A DNA stretch of 64,000 bases from an uncultured Bacteroidales bacterium. Lineage in GTDB: Bacteria; Bacteroidota; Bacteroidia; Bacteroidales; UBA932. The notes under the pieces are model-generated. The model had not been told where the DNA came from, did not search any database, and was given only the letters and a program-made list of their open reading frames with translations. Numbering within the stretch: position 1 is the stretch's first letter; the number at the start of each line of letters is the position of its first letter. The stretch covers positions 28,729 through 92,728 of the forward strand of contig CALVDE010000005.1 of the NCBI GenBank assembly GCA_944326265.1. The letters run 5' to 3'. Below, piece by piece: positions 40,274 to 50,196 of this stretch. The position numbers and the translations under genes were made by a program.

Positions 40274-41734
40274 TTAATCGTAGACCTGTGCGAAAAACGG
40301 ATTTCCGGCGGCGATGGTCTCGAAGTTCCATGGATTGGGATTCGAGGGGTCGTATTTGGGCAGACAGTCCGGGCACCAGTGGCCGCCTTTGAGGACGGCG
40401 TTGGGAGTCATTTCAAACTCGTGGCCGAACTGACATCTCCACTTTATCGGGGTGAACAGGTCTCCTTTTGTCATGCTGTCCGAAAGGCATTCTCCGCCAC
40501 GGAAGCGGGCTGCGGCTTTCATGTCCTCTATGCCGAGTTCTGAGACTGATTTGGTCTCGTCGTAGCCGTGGTTGAGGACTATGGCGTCCTTCGGGTTGTC
40601 TGACGGACGGCTCAGGTCCATGTCTTTCCAGTCCGGTATGGCTTTCCATTCCTCCAGGGAACCGAAGTGCGCCTTGATACGCTCAGTGTCTCCGTGTCTG
40701 AACCAGTAAAGCGTTCCGAGTGGATTGGATATTGCTACATGCTTCATGAACGCCTTGATAGCAAAGGCTGGAGCGAGCGGAGCAAGGGAGAAGAACCACG
40801 GAAGCTGCTTCTTCATGCGTTTGAAATATTCTTCAGCTGTTATACCCTCGCGGAAGTGAAGTATCTCCTCCAGTCTGTCCGAGTCCAGATACCATTCTCC
40901 GTGGAAATTCTTGGTCGCGAACCAATCGGCACCGAATACCTTCTCTACGGGAGGACAGCCCATGCCCTTGAGCAGCATACTTTCGAATTCGTAGTTGGTC
41001 AGACGGAACGACGGGCCGCTGCTGAGGTTGTAGAATCCTCGCCAGAAGCTGTCAGGCACCCAGTCCTCGCATACATTGGCGCAGACCCGTCCGGAGTCCT
41101 CCAGCGTACTCCATTCCAGTACGCCCTTAAGGGGTACATGGCAGGCAATCGGGTCGTTGGCTTTCATCAGCAGGGCAGGGTAGAGCATTCCTGTCTGGCG
41201 TATCGACACCCATTTTTTCAGGCCGGACTCGGTAAATATCAGTTCTGCGAGGCATTTTGACACTGAGTACCAGTCGAATATGCTGGTGTATATCGGGTCT
41301 CCTGTCCGTCCCCAGTGCCTGGGAGGCAGATGGTTGCCGACCTGAGCCACGGAGCCGATGTACACGACTCCGATGTCATCCCGGTTGGGCTGGGCCTTGA
41401 CGGCATTGACAACGTTGAGTGCACCCTGAACATTGACTTTCAGTGTGCGCTCCGGATACATATCTGCGGCAGGGGAAACCATTCCTCCGATATGCAGTAC
41501 GTAGTCCGCTCCGGTAACGCCTTTGAGCACACTGTCATAGTCGGTCAGGTCACCCCAGACAATCTCCACGCCAGGAGTGTCCCTGTAGGGTGCCAGTTTC
41601 CTGAAATTGTTCTTGCCCGGCCTTGCCAGCAGCACTATGTCGAATCTGTCGGAGCGTCTCAGAAGTTCCTGGAAGGCTGCCCCTCCCATATTGCCTGTAG
41701 CTCCGGTGATGAATACTCTTTTCCTGGATGTCAT
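40274..41734 (-). CDS. NAD-dependent epimerase/dehydratase-family protein with extra C-terminal Cys/His domain
   Basis: Rossmann motif VFITGATGNMGG. The C-terminus has CQFGHEFEMTPNAVLKGGHWCPDC. The ATG at 41734 lies 5 nt after the upstream stop. Confidence 0.7.
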   Translation of the reverse strand: MTSRKRVFITGATGNMGGAAFQELLRRSDRFDIVLLARPGKNNFRKLAPYRDTPGVEIVWGDLTDYDSVLKGVTGADYVLHIGGMVSPAADMYPERTLKVNVQGALNVVNAVKAQPNRDDIGVVYIGSVAQVGNHLPPRHWGRTGDPIYTSIFDWYSVSKCLAELIFTESGLKKWVSIRQTGMLYPALLMKANDPIACHVPLKGVLEWSTLEDSGRVCANVCEDWVPDSFWRGFYNLSSGPSFRLTNYEFESMLLKGMGCPPVEKVFGADWFATKNFHGEWYLDSDRLEEILHFREGITAEEYFKRMKKQLPWFFSLAPLAPAFAIKAFMKHVAISNPLGTLYWFRHGDTERIKAHFGSLEEWKAIPDWKDMDLSRPSDNPKDAIVLNHGYDETKSVSELGIEDMKAAARFRGGECLSDSMTKGDLFTPIKWRCQFGHEFEMTPNAVLKGGHWCPDCLPKYDPSNPNPWNFETIAAGNPFFAQVYD

Positions 41735-41738
41735 CGAA

Positions 41739-42710
41739 TCAGTCCTCCTGCTCAATCCATATTTCAAAACGCAGCGGAACGAATCCTGGAATATCTCCGC
41801 TGCCGTTGTCACCGTATCCCAGAGGAGAATAGAAGAAGGTGACAGCTTTTTCTCCGTAGTTCATGCGCCATGCCGCCATGCTGAAGCCGGCAATGAACGA
41901 ATTGTTGTCCAGGGCGGCGTCTTCATTGTCCTGATACTTGAAAGAAGAAGCCTCGTATGTAGCGGCTGCGTTGTAGATGCGGTATTTTTTCGCGGTGTCT
42001 GCGATGTTTGTGTCGAAAACAGTACCGTCAAGGAATTTCCCTATATACCTGACATTTACGGTGGTTCCGCTTGTAATCGAATCCATGGTGCTGGCCGTTT
42101 TTATGAAATAGAATCCATATTCGGTTGAGTCCATGCCGGAGAAATATATAGTGGAGTAGTTCTTCATCTGGTTTGTCTGGTATATGTAGGGATCGTCAAT
42201 CACCTCCCGTAGCCAGATTTCGTAGATCTTGGACGAGCCGTCGCCCTGGACGATCTCCATACCGCTTTCCTCGTCGAGCAGGACTGCGGGAATGATGGCC
42301 TTGACCATACCGCCTTCCTTCATTCCGGTGAGGAGCTCCACTATTCCCGAGGCGCAGTTGCCCAGATACCATATTCTGGGATGATAGTAGCCTGAGTTGG
42401 AGTGTGTGCCGAGCTGATAGGCCAGTGAGTCGTATGTGTATGAAGAATATGTGCCGTCCAGGTACGAGACAGTGTAGTCTACGAGTACGCAGGATGATTT
42501 GCCGGGGGTCCTGCCGGTACCGGGAATGGAATCCACGATGTACAGGCCTGACTGGGACGGTACGGCATCAGGGTAGTGGGTCTTTATGTATGCCTGCAGT
42601 ATTCGGTCCTGGACTGATTCGGACGATTCGTCAATCTCTTCAGCGCAGGAGAAAAGCAGAAAAGGCACAGCGGCCAGTATCATTAGAAGTCTGGGGAAAA
42701 ATGCATTCAT
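41739..42710 (-). CDS. FKBP-type peptidyl-prolyl isomerase lipoprotein (two domains)
   Basis: Lipobox LLFSC, plus VLVDYTVSYLDGT and VNVRYIGKFLDGTVFDTN...GFS...M..GEK, typical FKBP strands. Confidence 0.7.
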   Translation of the reverse strand: MNAFFPRLLMILAAVPFLLFSCAEEIDESSESVQDRILQAYIKTHYPDAVPSQSGLYIVDSIPGTGRTPGKSSCVLVDYTVSYLDGTYSSYTYDSLAYQLGTHSNSGYYHPRIWYLGNCASGIVELLTGMKEGGMVKAIIPAVLLDEESGMEIVQGDGSSKIYEIWLREVIDDPYIYQTNQMKNYSTIYFSGMDSTEYGFYFIKTASTMDSITSGTTVNVRYIGKFLDGTVFDTNIADTAKKYRIYNAAATYEASSFKYQDNEDAALDNNSFIAGFSMAAWRMNYGEKAVTFFYSPLGYGDNGSGDIPGFVPLRFEIWIEQED

Positions 42711-42716
42711 TGTCGG

Positions 42717-43259
42717 TTAATCTTTTTTGATGACTCTTTCCACCCATATCTCATAGATAAGGGCGGACATTTTGGGAATATTGTAGACGTAACTGTTGTA
42801 GAATCCGTATTTGGCTGAGAAGAGTATGATATAGTGGCCGCCTTCGCGCACTCCGTAGAGTCCGTTGACCAGACCGTTGACCAGGCAGTCCTCGGTGAAT
42901 ACCACTTCCTCCACTGAAAAGTCAGGGTCAGTGACAGTAAATGAATTGGCTTCCGCGACACTTTCGCTGTTGGTCGCGAAAAGAGCGGACGGTGCACTGG
43001 TAAATACGTATCCGGCATAATAGAAATGCAGTGTGTCGCCGAAAACCAGTGTGTCCATGACTTCTACGGCTGCGGTGTCCAGGTCTATCCTGTTGGATCC
43101 ATTCCTGCGGACAACCGGATATTCCGAGTAGTTCTGCGTGATGTATGCGTCGATGGCGGCCTCCTGGTCTGCGATTGTGAGCTCGCGCTCTTCGTTGCAG
43201 GAGACGGCAGCGGCAAGTGACAGAGTCAGCAGAAACATATATATTAAGGTCGGTCTCAT
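42717..43259 (-). CDS. FKBP-like lipoprotein (degenerate)
   Basis: Lipobox AAVSC, LHFYYAGYVF and GLYGVREGGHYIILFSAKYGF. Confidence 0.5.
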   Translation of the reverse strand: MRPTLIYMFLLTLSLAAAVSCNEERELTIADQEAAIDAYITQNYSEYPVVRRNGSNRIDLDTAAVEVMDTLVFGDTLHFYYAGYVFTSAPSALFATNSESVAEANSFTVTDPDFSVEEVVFTEDCLVNGLVNGLYGVREGGHYIILFSAKYGFYNSYVYNIPKMSALIYEIWVERVIKKD

Positions 43260-44287
43260 AGCTGTTGACTGCTCTGCAAGAATTGTTCCAATGATTGAAA
43301 GAAATAGTCCCTGACCTGATCTACCGGCATGTAGAGCCTGCCTCCGGCCGCCCTTTCGTGCCCTCCGCCGTTGAAATACCTGCCGGCCATAGCATTGACG
43401 GATATATTGCCCTTGGATCTGAGCGAGACACGTATGAACTCCTCTGTCTGGCTGAAAAGGGCGGAAATCTCAACGTCTCCGATCATAAGCGGCAGATTCA
43501 CGAAACCCTCCGAGTCTCCGTCCCTGAAATTGAATCTGCGCCTGTCCTCCAGCGTCATTACCATGCAGGAGGCCCTGAGGCTCCTGTCGATCTGCATGGA
43601 GTTTGTGAGAAGATGGCCCATGAGTCTCATGCGGTCCTCCGAGTATCTGCGGAAGACCATGTTGGTGATGAAATCGAAGTCGACACCGGCACGCAGCATC
43701 TCCGAGGCTGCGGTGAATGTGTAAGGAGTGAGAGAGTTGTTGAAGTTGTTGGTGTCTGTCAGAATGCCTGTTGCCAGTGAGGTAAGGGTTCTCAGGCCAA
43801 GTTTCTCCGGACATCCTCCTGTTGAGCGGAACGACATGAGGATGCGGTACAGGAGCTCGCATGTGGAGGAGGCTCCGGGGTCAGAGATTACGATGCTGAA
43901 TCCGTCAGTCTCCGGAGCGGGATGGTGGTCTATCATTACCTTTACGGCATCGGAGCCGGCGATAAGTCCGGCAAGCTGCTCCGTCCTTGCCGTCTTGTTG
44001 AGGTCAAGGCATATAATCAGTCCGCTCCCCCGGATGACGGTCTCTGCCGTTTCCTTGTCCCTTGTGAAATACGTTATCTCTTTGTCAGGATCCAGAAAGT
44101 CCATGCATTCCGGTCCGTATGACGGCATGACGATCCTGGGCTCCTGTCCTTTTGAGCGCAGATAAGCGTACATCCCTACGGCAGACCCTATCGCATCTCC
44201 GTCTGGATTGAAGTGGCTGATAATGGCCGTCTTCAAATTACGCTCCAACAGTTTTTCCAGATTGACGGCCTGTGTGTCCAATGTCAT
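43256..44287 (-). CDS. DHH-family phosphoesterase (NrnA-like oligoribonuclease / pAp phosphatase)
   Basis: ISHFNPDGDAIGS (DHH motifs I and II), DHH, and GGGHERAAGG (DHHA1). Confidence 0.8.
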   Translation of the reverse strand: MTLDTQAVNLEKLLERNLKTAIISHFNPDGDAIGSAVGMYAYLRSKGQEPRIVMPSYGPECMDFLDPDKEITYFTRDKETAETVIRGSGLIICLDLNKTARTEQLAGLIAGSDAVKVMIDHHPAPETDGFSIVISDPGASSTCELLYRILMSFRSTGGCPEKLGLRTLTSLATGILTDTNNFNNSLTPYTFTAASEMLRAGVDFDFITNMVFRRYSEDRMRLMGHLLTNSMQIDRSLRASCMVMTLEDRRRFNFRDGDSEGFVNLPLMIGDVEISALFSQTEEFIRVSLRSKGNISVNAMAGRYFNGGGHERAAGGRLYMPVDQVRDYFFQSLEQFLQSSQQL

Positions 44288-44405
44288 AAGGATAAATTTT
44301 ATGGCTGCAAAATTAAAAATATATTGCAAGTCCTAATTATTATTTTTACTTTTGTCGTCATATTTTGAATGGATAAAATAATTAAGTAATAATTAACAAC
44401 AGAAC

Positions 44406-45020
44406 ATGAAAACATTCATAAAGGTCTTGACTTACGTAGTCTTCCCTATTGCCATTATCTTGTTGATATACCTTAACTATGACAGTGTTATGCAGCCTGT
44501 CAGGTTCCAGAAAGAGGTGGACAGAAGATCGGCTGTCGCCATAGACAGGCTGATAAGCATCAGAACGCTTCAGGAAGCATACAAGGAGTCCAACAGAAGG
44601 TTCCTTTCCACGACAGACTCTCTGATTGATTTCTACAAGAACGGAAAGATTACAATCGTAAGACAGATCGGTTCGATGGATGACTCGCTTGCAGTAGCGG
44701 AAGGAAGGGTGAGCCGTGACAGCATAGATATTCTGGTCAGGGATACTCTTCTTAAAGGTAAAGGCGCTATTATCGACTCAATCAGTTTCATTCCTTACTC
44801 AGGAGGAAAGCGTGTGCAGATGCAGTCGGTTATCCGTAAGGTCTCGGGTATCGAGATTCCTCTGTTCGAGGCTGTGATGCCCTACGACGACCTCCTCAAG
44901 GGACTGGATCACCAGCTTATAGTCAACCTGAAGGCAGAAAGAGAGGATATGGGTCAGTATGCCGGTCTGAAAGTCGGTGATATAGACAATCCTAACAACA
45001 ACGCCGGTAACTGGGAATAG
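44406..45020 (+). CDS. Hypothetical membrane-anchored protein
   Basis: An N-terminal TM helix and no recognisable motif. Confidence 0.45.
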   Translation: MKTFIKVLTYVVFPIAIILLIYLNYDSVMQPVRFQKEVDRRSAVAIDRLISIRTLQEAYKESNRRFLSTTDSLIDFYKNGKITIVRQIGSMDDSLAVAEGRVSRDSIDILVRDTLLKGKGAIIDSISFIPYSGGKRVQMQSVIRKVSGIEIPLFEAVMPYDDLLKGLDHQLIVNLKAEREDMGQYAGLKVGDIDNPNNNAGNWE

Positions 45021-45025
45021 TACAG

Positions 45026-45706
45026 ATGCCTGGCCCGCAGCATAGAATAACCATTCAACTGGACTTGAGTGGTTATTCTTTTATCATTTATGACCGGAAC
45101 GGAACGGCTCTTTCTGAAGGTAACCGTCCGTGCCCGGTTGATCTTGCTGTGAAGGAACTTGAGCCAGTCCTGCGTAAAGGTCAGTTCTCCTCGGTGTCCG
45201 TGTACTATGCGACGTGGAAATATACCCTCGTCCCCTCAGTACATTATGAGAAGGATCATCAGCGCGGCTATCTGACAGGCGTGAGAGATCTGCTGGAGGA
45301 TGACGTGGCTCTCTCTCTGGATATGCCGGCGCGGAAGGCCGTCATGGTGTTTGCGATGCCCGGTGCCGTCTACCGTGGAATATCCGCTCTCTCGCGCAAC
45401 GTGCGCTTCTATCCGCTGTCCCATCTTCTTATGGACCGTCTGTCTATGCTGGAGGACAATAACAGGATTGTGGTGTCATTCTCGGAGGGTATGCTTCATA
45501 TCGTAGCCGCAGAACGTGAGCGTCTTCTGTTTGCCAACAGTTTTCCCTCCGCAGACCTTGCTACGGCGGAATACTTCATACTCTCGGTAACTAAAGAGGT
45601 TATGTTCAATCCGGAACATACAGTGCTTTATGTCTACGGTCAGATTCCTGGCCAGATCAAGATGGATATCAGCCGGTATTTTGCCGGGATGAGGAATATA
45701 CAATGA
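45026..45706 (+). CDS. DUF3822-like protein
   Basis: Assigned by recalled family and by conserved placement directly upstream of rsmD in Bacteroidales. Confidence 0.55.
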   Translation: MPGPQHRITIQLDLSGYSFIIYDRNGTALSEGNRPCPVDLAVKELEPVLRKGQFSSVSVYYATWKYTLVPSVHYEKDHQRGYLTGVRDLLEDDVALSLDMPARKAVMVFAMPGAVYRGISALSRNVRFYPLSHLLMDRLSMLEDNNRIVVSFSEGMLHIVAAERERLLFANSFPSADLATAEYFILSVTKEVMFNPEHTVLYVYGQIPGQIKMDISRYFAGMRNIQ

Positions 45707-46248
45707 GAATAATCGGCGGAGAACTCAAAGGAAGGAGCATTATGCCGCCCTCAGGATTCAGGGCCAGGCCGACAACGGACTTCGCCAAAGAAGGGCTTTT
45801 CAACGTACTGGGCAATATGTACGATTTTGCCCAGGTGCGTGTTCTGGATCTTTTTTCCGGTACAGGCAGTATTTCCTACGAGTTCGCTTCTCGCGGTGTC
45901 AGCGAGATATATGCCGTGGAGATGAATCCGCTCCACGCATCTTTCATCAAGCGCAGTGCGGCTTCTTTCAGATTGTCCGGCCTGCATGTGGTGCGGCACA
46001 ATGTATTCGATTTTCTGGGGATATGTTCACTGGATTTTGACATTGTCTTTGCCGATCCTCCATACGACATTCCGGGGCTCGACACTATCCCGGACAGAGT
46101 GCTGGAATCAGAAAGGGAGTCGTTTTCATTGCTAAGGAGCGGCGGTGTATTCATATTGGAGCATCCAGGCTCGTATAGCTTTGATAATCATCCAAGATTT
46201 GAAAAAGAAAAGAAATACGGCAATGTTCATTTCTCATTTTTTCGATAA
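45703..46248 (+). CDS. rsmD: 16S rRNA (guanine966-N2)-methyltransferase
   Basis: MRIIGGELKGRSI...RPTTDFAKEGLFN...VLDLFSGTGS...FADPPY. Confidence 0.88.
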   Translation: MRIIGGELKGRSIMPPSGFRARPTTDFAKEGLFNVLGNMYDFAQVRVLDLFSGTGSISYEFASRGVSEIYAVEMNPLHASFIKRSAASFRLSGLHVVRHNVFDFLGICSLDFDIVFADPPYDIPGLDTIPDRVLESERESFSLLRSGGVFILEHPGSYSFDNHPRFEKEKKYGNVHFSFFR

Positions 46249-46286
46249 AAATCTTTGAAAAAATTTGGAAATAACCAAAAACACTA

Positions 46287-46294
46287 TATCTTTG
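46287..46294 (+). promoter_or_regulatory. -7 box TATCTTTG for tRNA-Asp
   Basis: Exact TAnnTTTG match ~38 nt upstream of the tRNA. The leader contains the hairpin TCCCTT(N9)AAGGGA. Confidence 0.55.
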
Positions 46295-46331
46295 CAGTCC
46301 CTTTCGGAAACGAAGGGAAACAAACAGAAAT

Positions 46332-46406
46332 GGTGCGGTAGTTCAGCCTGGTTAGAATGCCGGCCTGTCACGCCGGAGGTCGCGGGTTCGAGCCCCGTCC
46401 GCACCG
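46332..46406 (+). tRNA. tRNA-Asp (GTC)
   Basis: Hand-folded: GGTGCGG-TA-GTTC-AGCCTGGTTA-GAAT-G-CCGGC-CTGTCAC-GCCGG-AGGTC-GCGGG-TTCGAGC-CCCGT-CCGCACC-G. Confidence 0.92.
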
Positions 46407-46608
46407 CAGAAAACATTGAGAATCAATGTCTTGTAAAGCCCTGAAAATCATCGGGGCTTTTTTCATGCACTGACTTTACGTTTTCAGAGTATAATGTATT
46501 CACGGTGCGCTGAAATAATTCCCGGTCTATAATGTAGAAAAGATCAAATGATACGAGCCCCGAAAGTCAGACAAAAACTTTCGGGGCTTACGTCAATTTA
46601 TGCCGTTT

Positions 46609-47604
46609 CTATTCTCTGGTGGCAATCCGGGAGCAGAAGGTGAGGATGTCATGCCAGACGGTCTCCTTGCCGGTCTCGTTGAGGATCTCGTGGCGCATGG
46701 ATGGGTAGAGCCGGGACTGCACGTCGGTGTAGCCGGCGCGGTGCATGGTCCTGACGGCCTCGTCGAATCTGCGGCGGTCCAGCAGGCACGGGTCGTCCTC
46801 TCCGGAGATGAAGAGCACCGGCATGTCCGGCCTGCTCGGATGCCATTCCGATGTGCTGTATGCATCCTGCATCAGTGAGAACAGGTTGATGAAGCCGTCG
46901 GCGGTGAACTGGAAATTGCACAGCGGGTCCTGGTCGTAGTTAAGTACGATCTCGGGATCGGAGCAGACCCAGGCGTTGGGTGAGCCCTCATGGCGGAAAC
47001 TGCGGTTGAATGAGCCGAAAGCCAGACGCTGTATGAGGAGGGGTCGGCATTTCTTCCCGGCAAGGAGGGCGTAAAGCCGCGCAATCAGCCTGCCGACCGG
47101 TGCTCCGCTGTTGCGGCTCGGACTTCCGCAGACGATAAGGCCGGAGAGCAGATCATCGTAACGCTTTGCAAATGAGCGCACGGCCATTGACCCCATGCTG
47201 TGTCCGAGAAGTATCAGCGGCAAGTCGGGATGTTCCATCCGCATCCGTTCCATGACGGCCTTGATGTCATCGACCATGGCTGTGAAGCCTCCCTCGTAGA
47301 AGTATCCGAGGTCTTCGGCTGACCGTATAGATTCCCCGTGTCCCCGGTGGTCGTGGATGACACTTGCGAACCCGTTGGCTGCCAGAAATTCCATGAACGG
47401 GATGTACCGCTCCTTATGCTCGCACATTCCGTGTACTATCTGTACGATGCCTTTTGGCGCGGTCATAGGTTCGCAGATTATGATGCTGAGTGCCAGTCCG
47501 TCCGACGGAGAGGCGATCTTCTCTTTTCTGAAAGTGGCCTGTTTTGAATATGTCATGATATCAAGTGTCTCCAAAAGTATGCCATCTGCATCTTCAATCG
47601 CCAT
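46609..47604 (-). CDS. Alpha/beta hydrolase (lysophospholipase/monoacylglycerol lipase-like)
   Basis: Nucleophile elbow GHSMGS and HGMCEH...DHRGHG. An alternative start lies at 47556. Confidence 0.85.
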   Translation of the reverse strand: MAIEDADGILLETLDIMTYSKQATFRKEKIASPSDGLALSIIICEPMTAPKGIVQIVHGMCEHKERYIPFMEFLAANGFASVIHDHRGHGESIRSAEDLGYFYEGGFTAMVDDIKAVMERMRMEHPDLPLILLGHSMGSMAVRSFAKRYDDLLSGLIVCGSPSRNSGAPVGRLIARLYALLAGKKCRPLLIQRLAFGSFNRSFRHEGSPNAWVCSDPEIVLNYDQDPLCNFQFTADGFINLFSLMQDAYSTSEWHPSRPDMPVLFISGEDDPCLLDRRRFDEAVRTMHRAGYTDVQSRLYPSMRHEILNETGKETVWHDILTFCSRIATRE

Positions 47605-47676
47605 ATTACCAACAAATGAGGATATTCCGGTGGAGTTTGCTGGAAATTCGCTATATTAGCGAAAAAATTATTGGTT

Positions 47677-48213
47677 ATGATAAACTCTGTGAAATCTATC
47701 ATTATCGCGGCATCGGCTTTGGCGATGTCTGTGTTTGCGGCAATGCCGTCGTCCGCTCAGGAAAAAGTTGTCAGATATGAGGGCAGCGTGTCGGTCGGAG
47801 CTGGATATTTTGAATATAGGGAAGTGGGCGGAGTCCTGCATACCTCGCACGGTATCCGTTTCAATAGGGAAGGGGTGCGTTTCTTGTATCTGGGACTGAG
47901 CCTTGAAGAGCAGTTGTATCTGGGAGGCAGACCATATATCCCGTCGTATACTTTTCTAAGCGTGCATGCGAAGACTTATTTCCCGGCCGGGGCAAGGGTT
48001 CAGGCGACAGCCGGACTGGAACTGGGTGCAATGCGTCTTGCGGCCGGCAGTGTGATGTGGTCGCCTAACCTGACTCCATCAATAGGAGTGGAGTTCCTGA
48101 CTAAGGGCAAGCAGGCGGTTATGATAACTGCGCGGACATATATCAACAAGGATTCGGTTACAGGAGAACAGCCCGATCCCGGAGTGACGCTGATGGTCGG
48201 TTATCGTTTCTGA
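47677..48213 (+). CDS. Small outer-membrane beta-barrel-like protein
   Basis: Signal peptide ...SALAMSVFAAMPSSAQ, alternating hydrophobic strands, and a C-terminal ...LMVGYRF. The ATG at 47677 is preferred over the TTG at 47671. Confidence 0.5.
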   Translation: MINSVKSIIIAASALAMSVFAAMPSSAQEKVVRYEGSVSVGAGYFEYREVGGVLHTSHGIRFNREGVRFLYLGLSLEEQLYLGGRPYIPSYTFLSVHAKTYFPAGARVQATAGLELGAMRLAAGSVMWSPNLTPSIGVEFLTKGKQAVMITARTYINKDSVTGEQPDPGVTLMVGYRF

Positions 48214-48215
48214 GG

Positions 48216-49253
48216 ATGAAGGCTTATACGTATCTTGGACAAGGAAAGGCGGCACTGCTCGACAAGCCGGAGCCGCAGCTGCAGGGACCGCGCGATGCCT
48301 TGGTGCGGGTGACTCTCGGGAGCATCTGCACGAGTGACCTGCATATTCTGCATGGAAGCGTGCCCCGGGCCGTGCCGGGGATTACTCTCGGCCACGAGAT
48401 GGTCGGGGTGGTGGAGGCCGTCGGCTCTGCCGTGGGCTCTGTCCGGCCGGGAGACCGGGTGGCGGTCAATGTGGAGACGTTCTGCGGCTCGTGCTTCTTC
48501 TGCCGCCACGGCTATGTGAACAACTGCAGCGACCCGCTCGGTGGCTGGGCCCTCGGCTGCCGCATCGACGGCGGTCAGGCGGAATATGTCCGGGTGCCCT
48601 ACGCCGACCAGGGACTGACCTGCATTCCGGACGGGGTGAGCGATGCCCAGGCACTGTTTACCGGGGACCTGCTGGCTACCGGGTTCTGGGCTGCCCGCAT
48701 TTCTGAGATCGTGCCGGAGGAGGATACCGTCCTGATTATCGGGGCCGGACCTACCGGTATATGCACCCTGCTGTGCGTGATGCTCCGCCGGCCCCGCCGC
48801 ATCATTGTCTGTGAGAAATCCCCGGAGCGCAGGCGTTTCGTCCGGGAGCATTATCCCGAGGTGGTGGTGACTGACCCGGAGCACTGTTTGTGTACTGTTC
48901 AGGAATATAGCGCACATGGAGGTGCCGATGCCGTTCTCGAGGTGGCCGGCACGGAGGAGACCTTCCGCATGGCCTGGGAATGCGCCCGTCCCAATGCCGT
49001 CGTGACCGTAGTCGCCATGTACGATTGCCCTCAGGTGCTGCCCCTGCCCGACATGTACGGCAAGAACCTGACGTTCAAGACCGGCGGTGTGGACGGCTGC
49101 GACTGCGCGGAAATCCTCCGCCTCATCGCCGACGGCCGTCTCGATGCCACCCCGCTCATTACCCACCGATTTCCGCTCAGTCGCATCGAGGAGGCCTACC
49201 GCCTTTTCGCCTCGCATGCCGACGGAGTCATCAAAGTCGCCGTCGAGCCGTAG
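48216..49253 (+). CDS. Zinc-dependent alcohol dehydrogenase family protein
   Basis: GHEMVGVVEAVG, the structural-zinc Cys cluster CGSCFFCRHGYVNNC, and the Rossmann motif IIGAGPTG. Confidence 0.9.
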   Translation: MKAYTYLGQGKAALLDKPEPQLQGPRDALVRVTLGSICTSDLHILHGSVPRAVPGITLGHEMVGVVEAVGSAVGSVRPGDRVAVNVETFCGSCFFCRHGYVNNCSDPLGGWALGCRIDGGQAEYVRVPYADQGLTCIPDGVSDAQALFTGDLLATGFWAARISEIVPEEDTVLIIGAGPTGICTLLCVMLRRPRRIIVCEKSPERRRFVREHYPEVVVTDPEHCLCTVQEYSAHGGADAVLEVAGTEETFRMAWECARPNAVVTVVAMYDCPQVLPLPDMYGKNLTFKTGGVDGCDCAEILRLIADGRLDATPLITHRFPLSRIEEAYRLFASHADGVIKVAVEP

Positions 49254-49449
49254 CGCAGCCCTTCAGCAGTGACGTTTTGCGGCAAAGCATATACCCAGAA
49301 AAGGACCAGGCCCTCCCACTGCTTCGCGGCGGGCCCCTCCCTCTAGAGCCGAGGGCGGCTAGTCCTTTTCGGGGTATGTGCTTTACTACCAGGTGATTAT
49401 GATGTGGATGCGGTCGCATTGTGCATTTTCCCAAAATAATTTGCATATA

Positions 49450-49487
49450 TGTAAAATATACTTTACATTTGTACAAGTAAAATTTAC
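49450..49487 (+). promoter_or_regulatory. Promoter/operator: palindromes TGTAAA-N6-TTTACA and GTAAA-A-TTTAC around the -7 box TACATTTG
   Basis: The inverted repeats are at 49450-49467 and 49477-49487. The -7 box at 49464-49471 overlaps the first palindrome. The region lies ~30 nt upstream of the membrane-protein/XRE operon. Confidence 0.5.
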
Positions 49488-49502
49488 ATAAATAAAACAG
49501 AT

Positions 49503-49967
49503 ATGAAAACTAAACATTATCTTCTTTCCTACAAATGGCAGACGGCAGGATGGATACTCCTGGCTGTTGCCTTAATGGTGACTTGTCTAATTGTTGGTGT
49601 AGGACTTTACATGACGATGAGCGAGGCTGTTACGAAACTATTTGTCGCGGCTGTTTATGTCGTGACAGCTCTTTCACTACTGCTGATAGCATTTTCGGAG
49701 GAGAGGCAGGAGGACGAATTCATCAAGTCGCTGCGGGGAAGGTCGCTGGCTGCTGCGGCTTGCGTGGCATTTGTGCTGTCCATAATCTGGTTCTGTGTGA
49801 GCAATGTAGGCCGGATGTATTCCCCTTCGCAGATGGGTGACGATCTGTGGTGGAAGTTCAGCTTAGTGGATAATTATCTGTCGATCATCCCGATGTTCTT
49901 CCTTTACATCGTTATTTTCAAAGCGAGTCTGTGGGTCTATAGATGGAGGAGCCGCCATGAAGAATAA
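49503..49967 (+). CDS. Four-TM membrane protein, partner of the downstream XRE regulator
   Basis: Four hydrophobic helices and an 11-nt overlap with the HTH gene. Confidence 0.55.
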   Translation: MKTKHYLLSYKWQTAGWILLAVALMVTCLIVGVGLYMTMSEAVTKLFVAAVYVVTALSLLLIAFSEERQEDEFIKSLRGRSLAAAACVAFVLSIIWFCVSNVGRMYSPSQMGDDLWWKFSLVDNYLSIIPMFFLYIVIFKASLWVYRWRSRHEE

Positions 49968-50148
49968 CATCCGCGTCGAAAGGGCTGTCCTGCGCATATC
50001 GCAGCAGCAGTTGGCCGAGGCCGTCGGAGTCTCCCGCCAGACCATTTACGCCATCGAGAACGGAAAGTTCATTCCCTCCACCGAGCTGGCACTGAAACTT
50101 TCGGCTTACTTCGGGAAGACTGTCAATGAGCTTTTTCAGCTGGATTGA
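49957..50148 (+). CDS. XRE-family helix-turn-helix transcriptional regulator (63 aa)
   Basis: ISQQQLAEAVGVSRQTIYAIENGKFIPSTELALKLSAYF. Confidence 0.88.
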   Translation: MKNNIRVERAVLRISQQQLAEAVGVSRQTIYAIENGKFIPSTELALKLSAYFGKTVNELFQLD

Positions 50149-50170
50149 ACGGAGTGTCGGCAAAATATAT

Positions 50171-50178
50171 TAAATTTG
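50171..50178 (+). promoter_or_regulatory. -7 box TAAATTTG for the DUF3791/DUF3990 operon
   Basis: Exact TAnnTTTG match 19 nt before the ATG at 50197. Confidence 0.5.
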
Positions 50179-50196
50179 TAGCAAATCCCTTTAATT

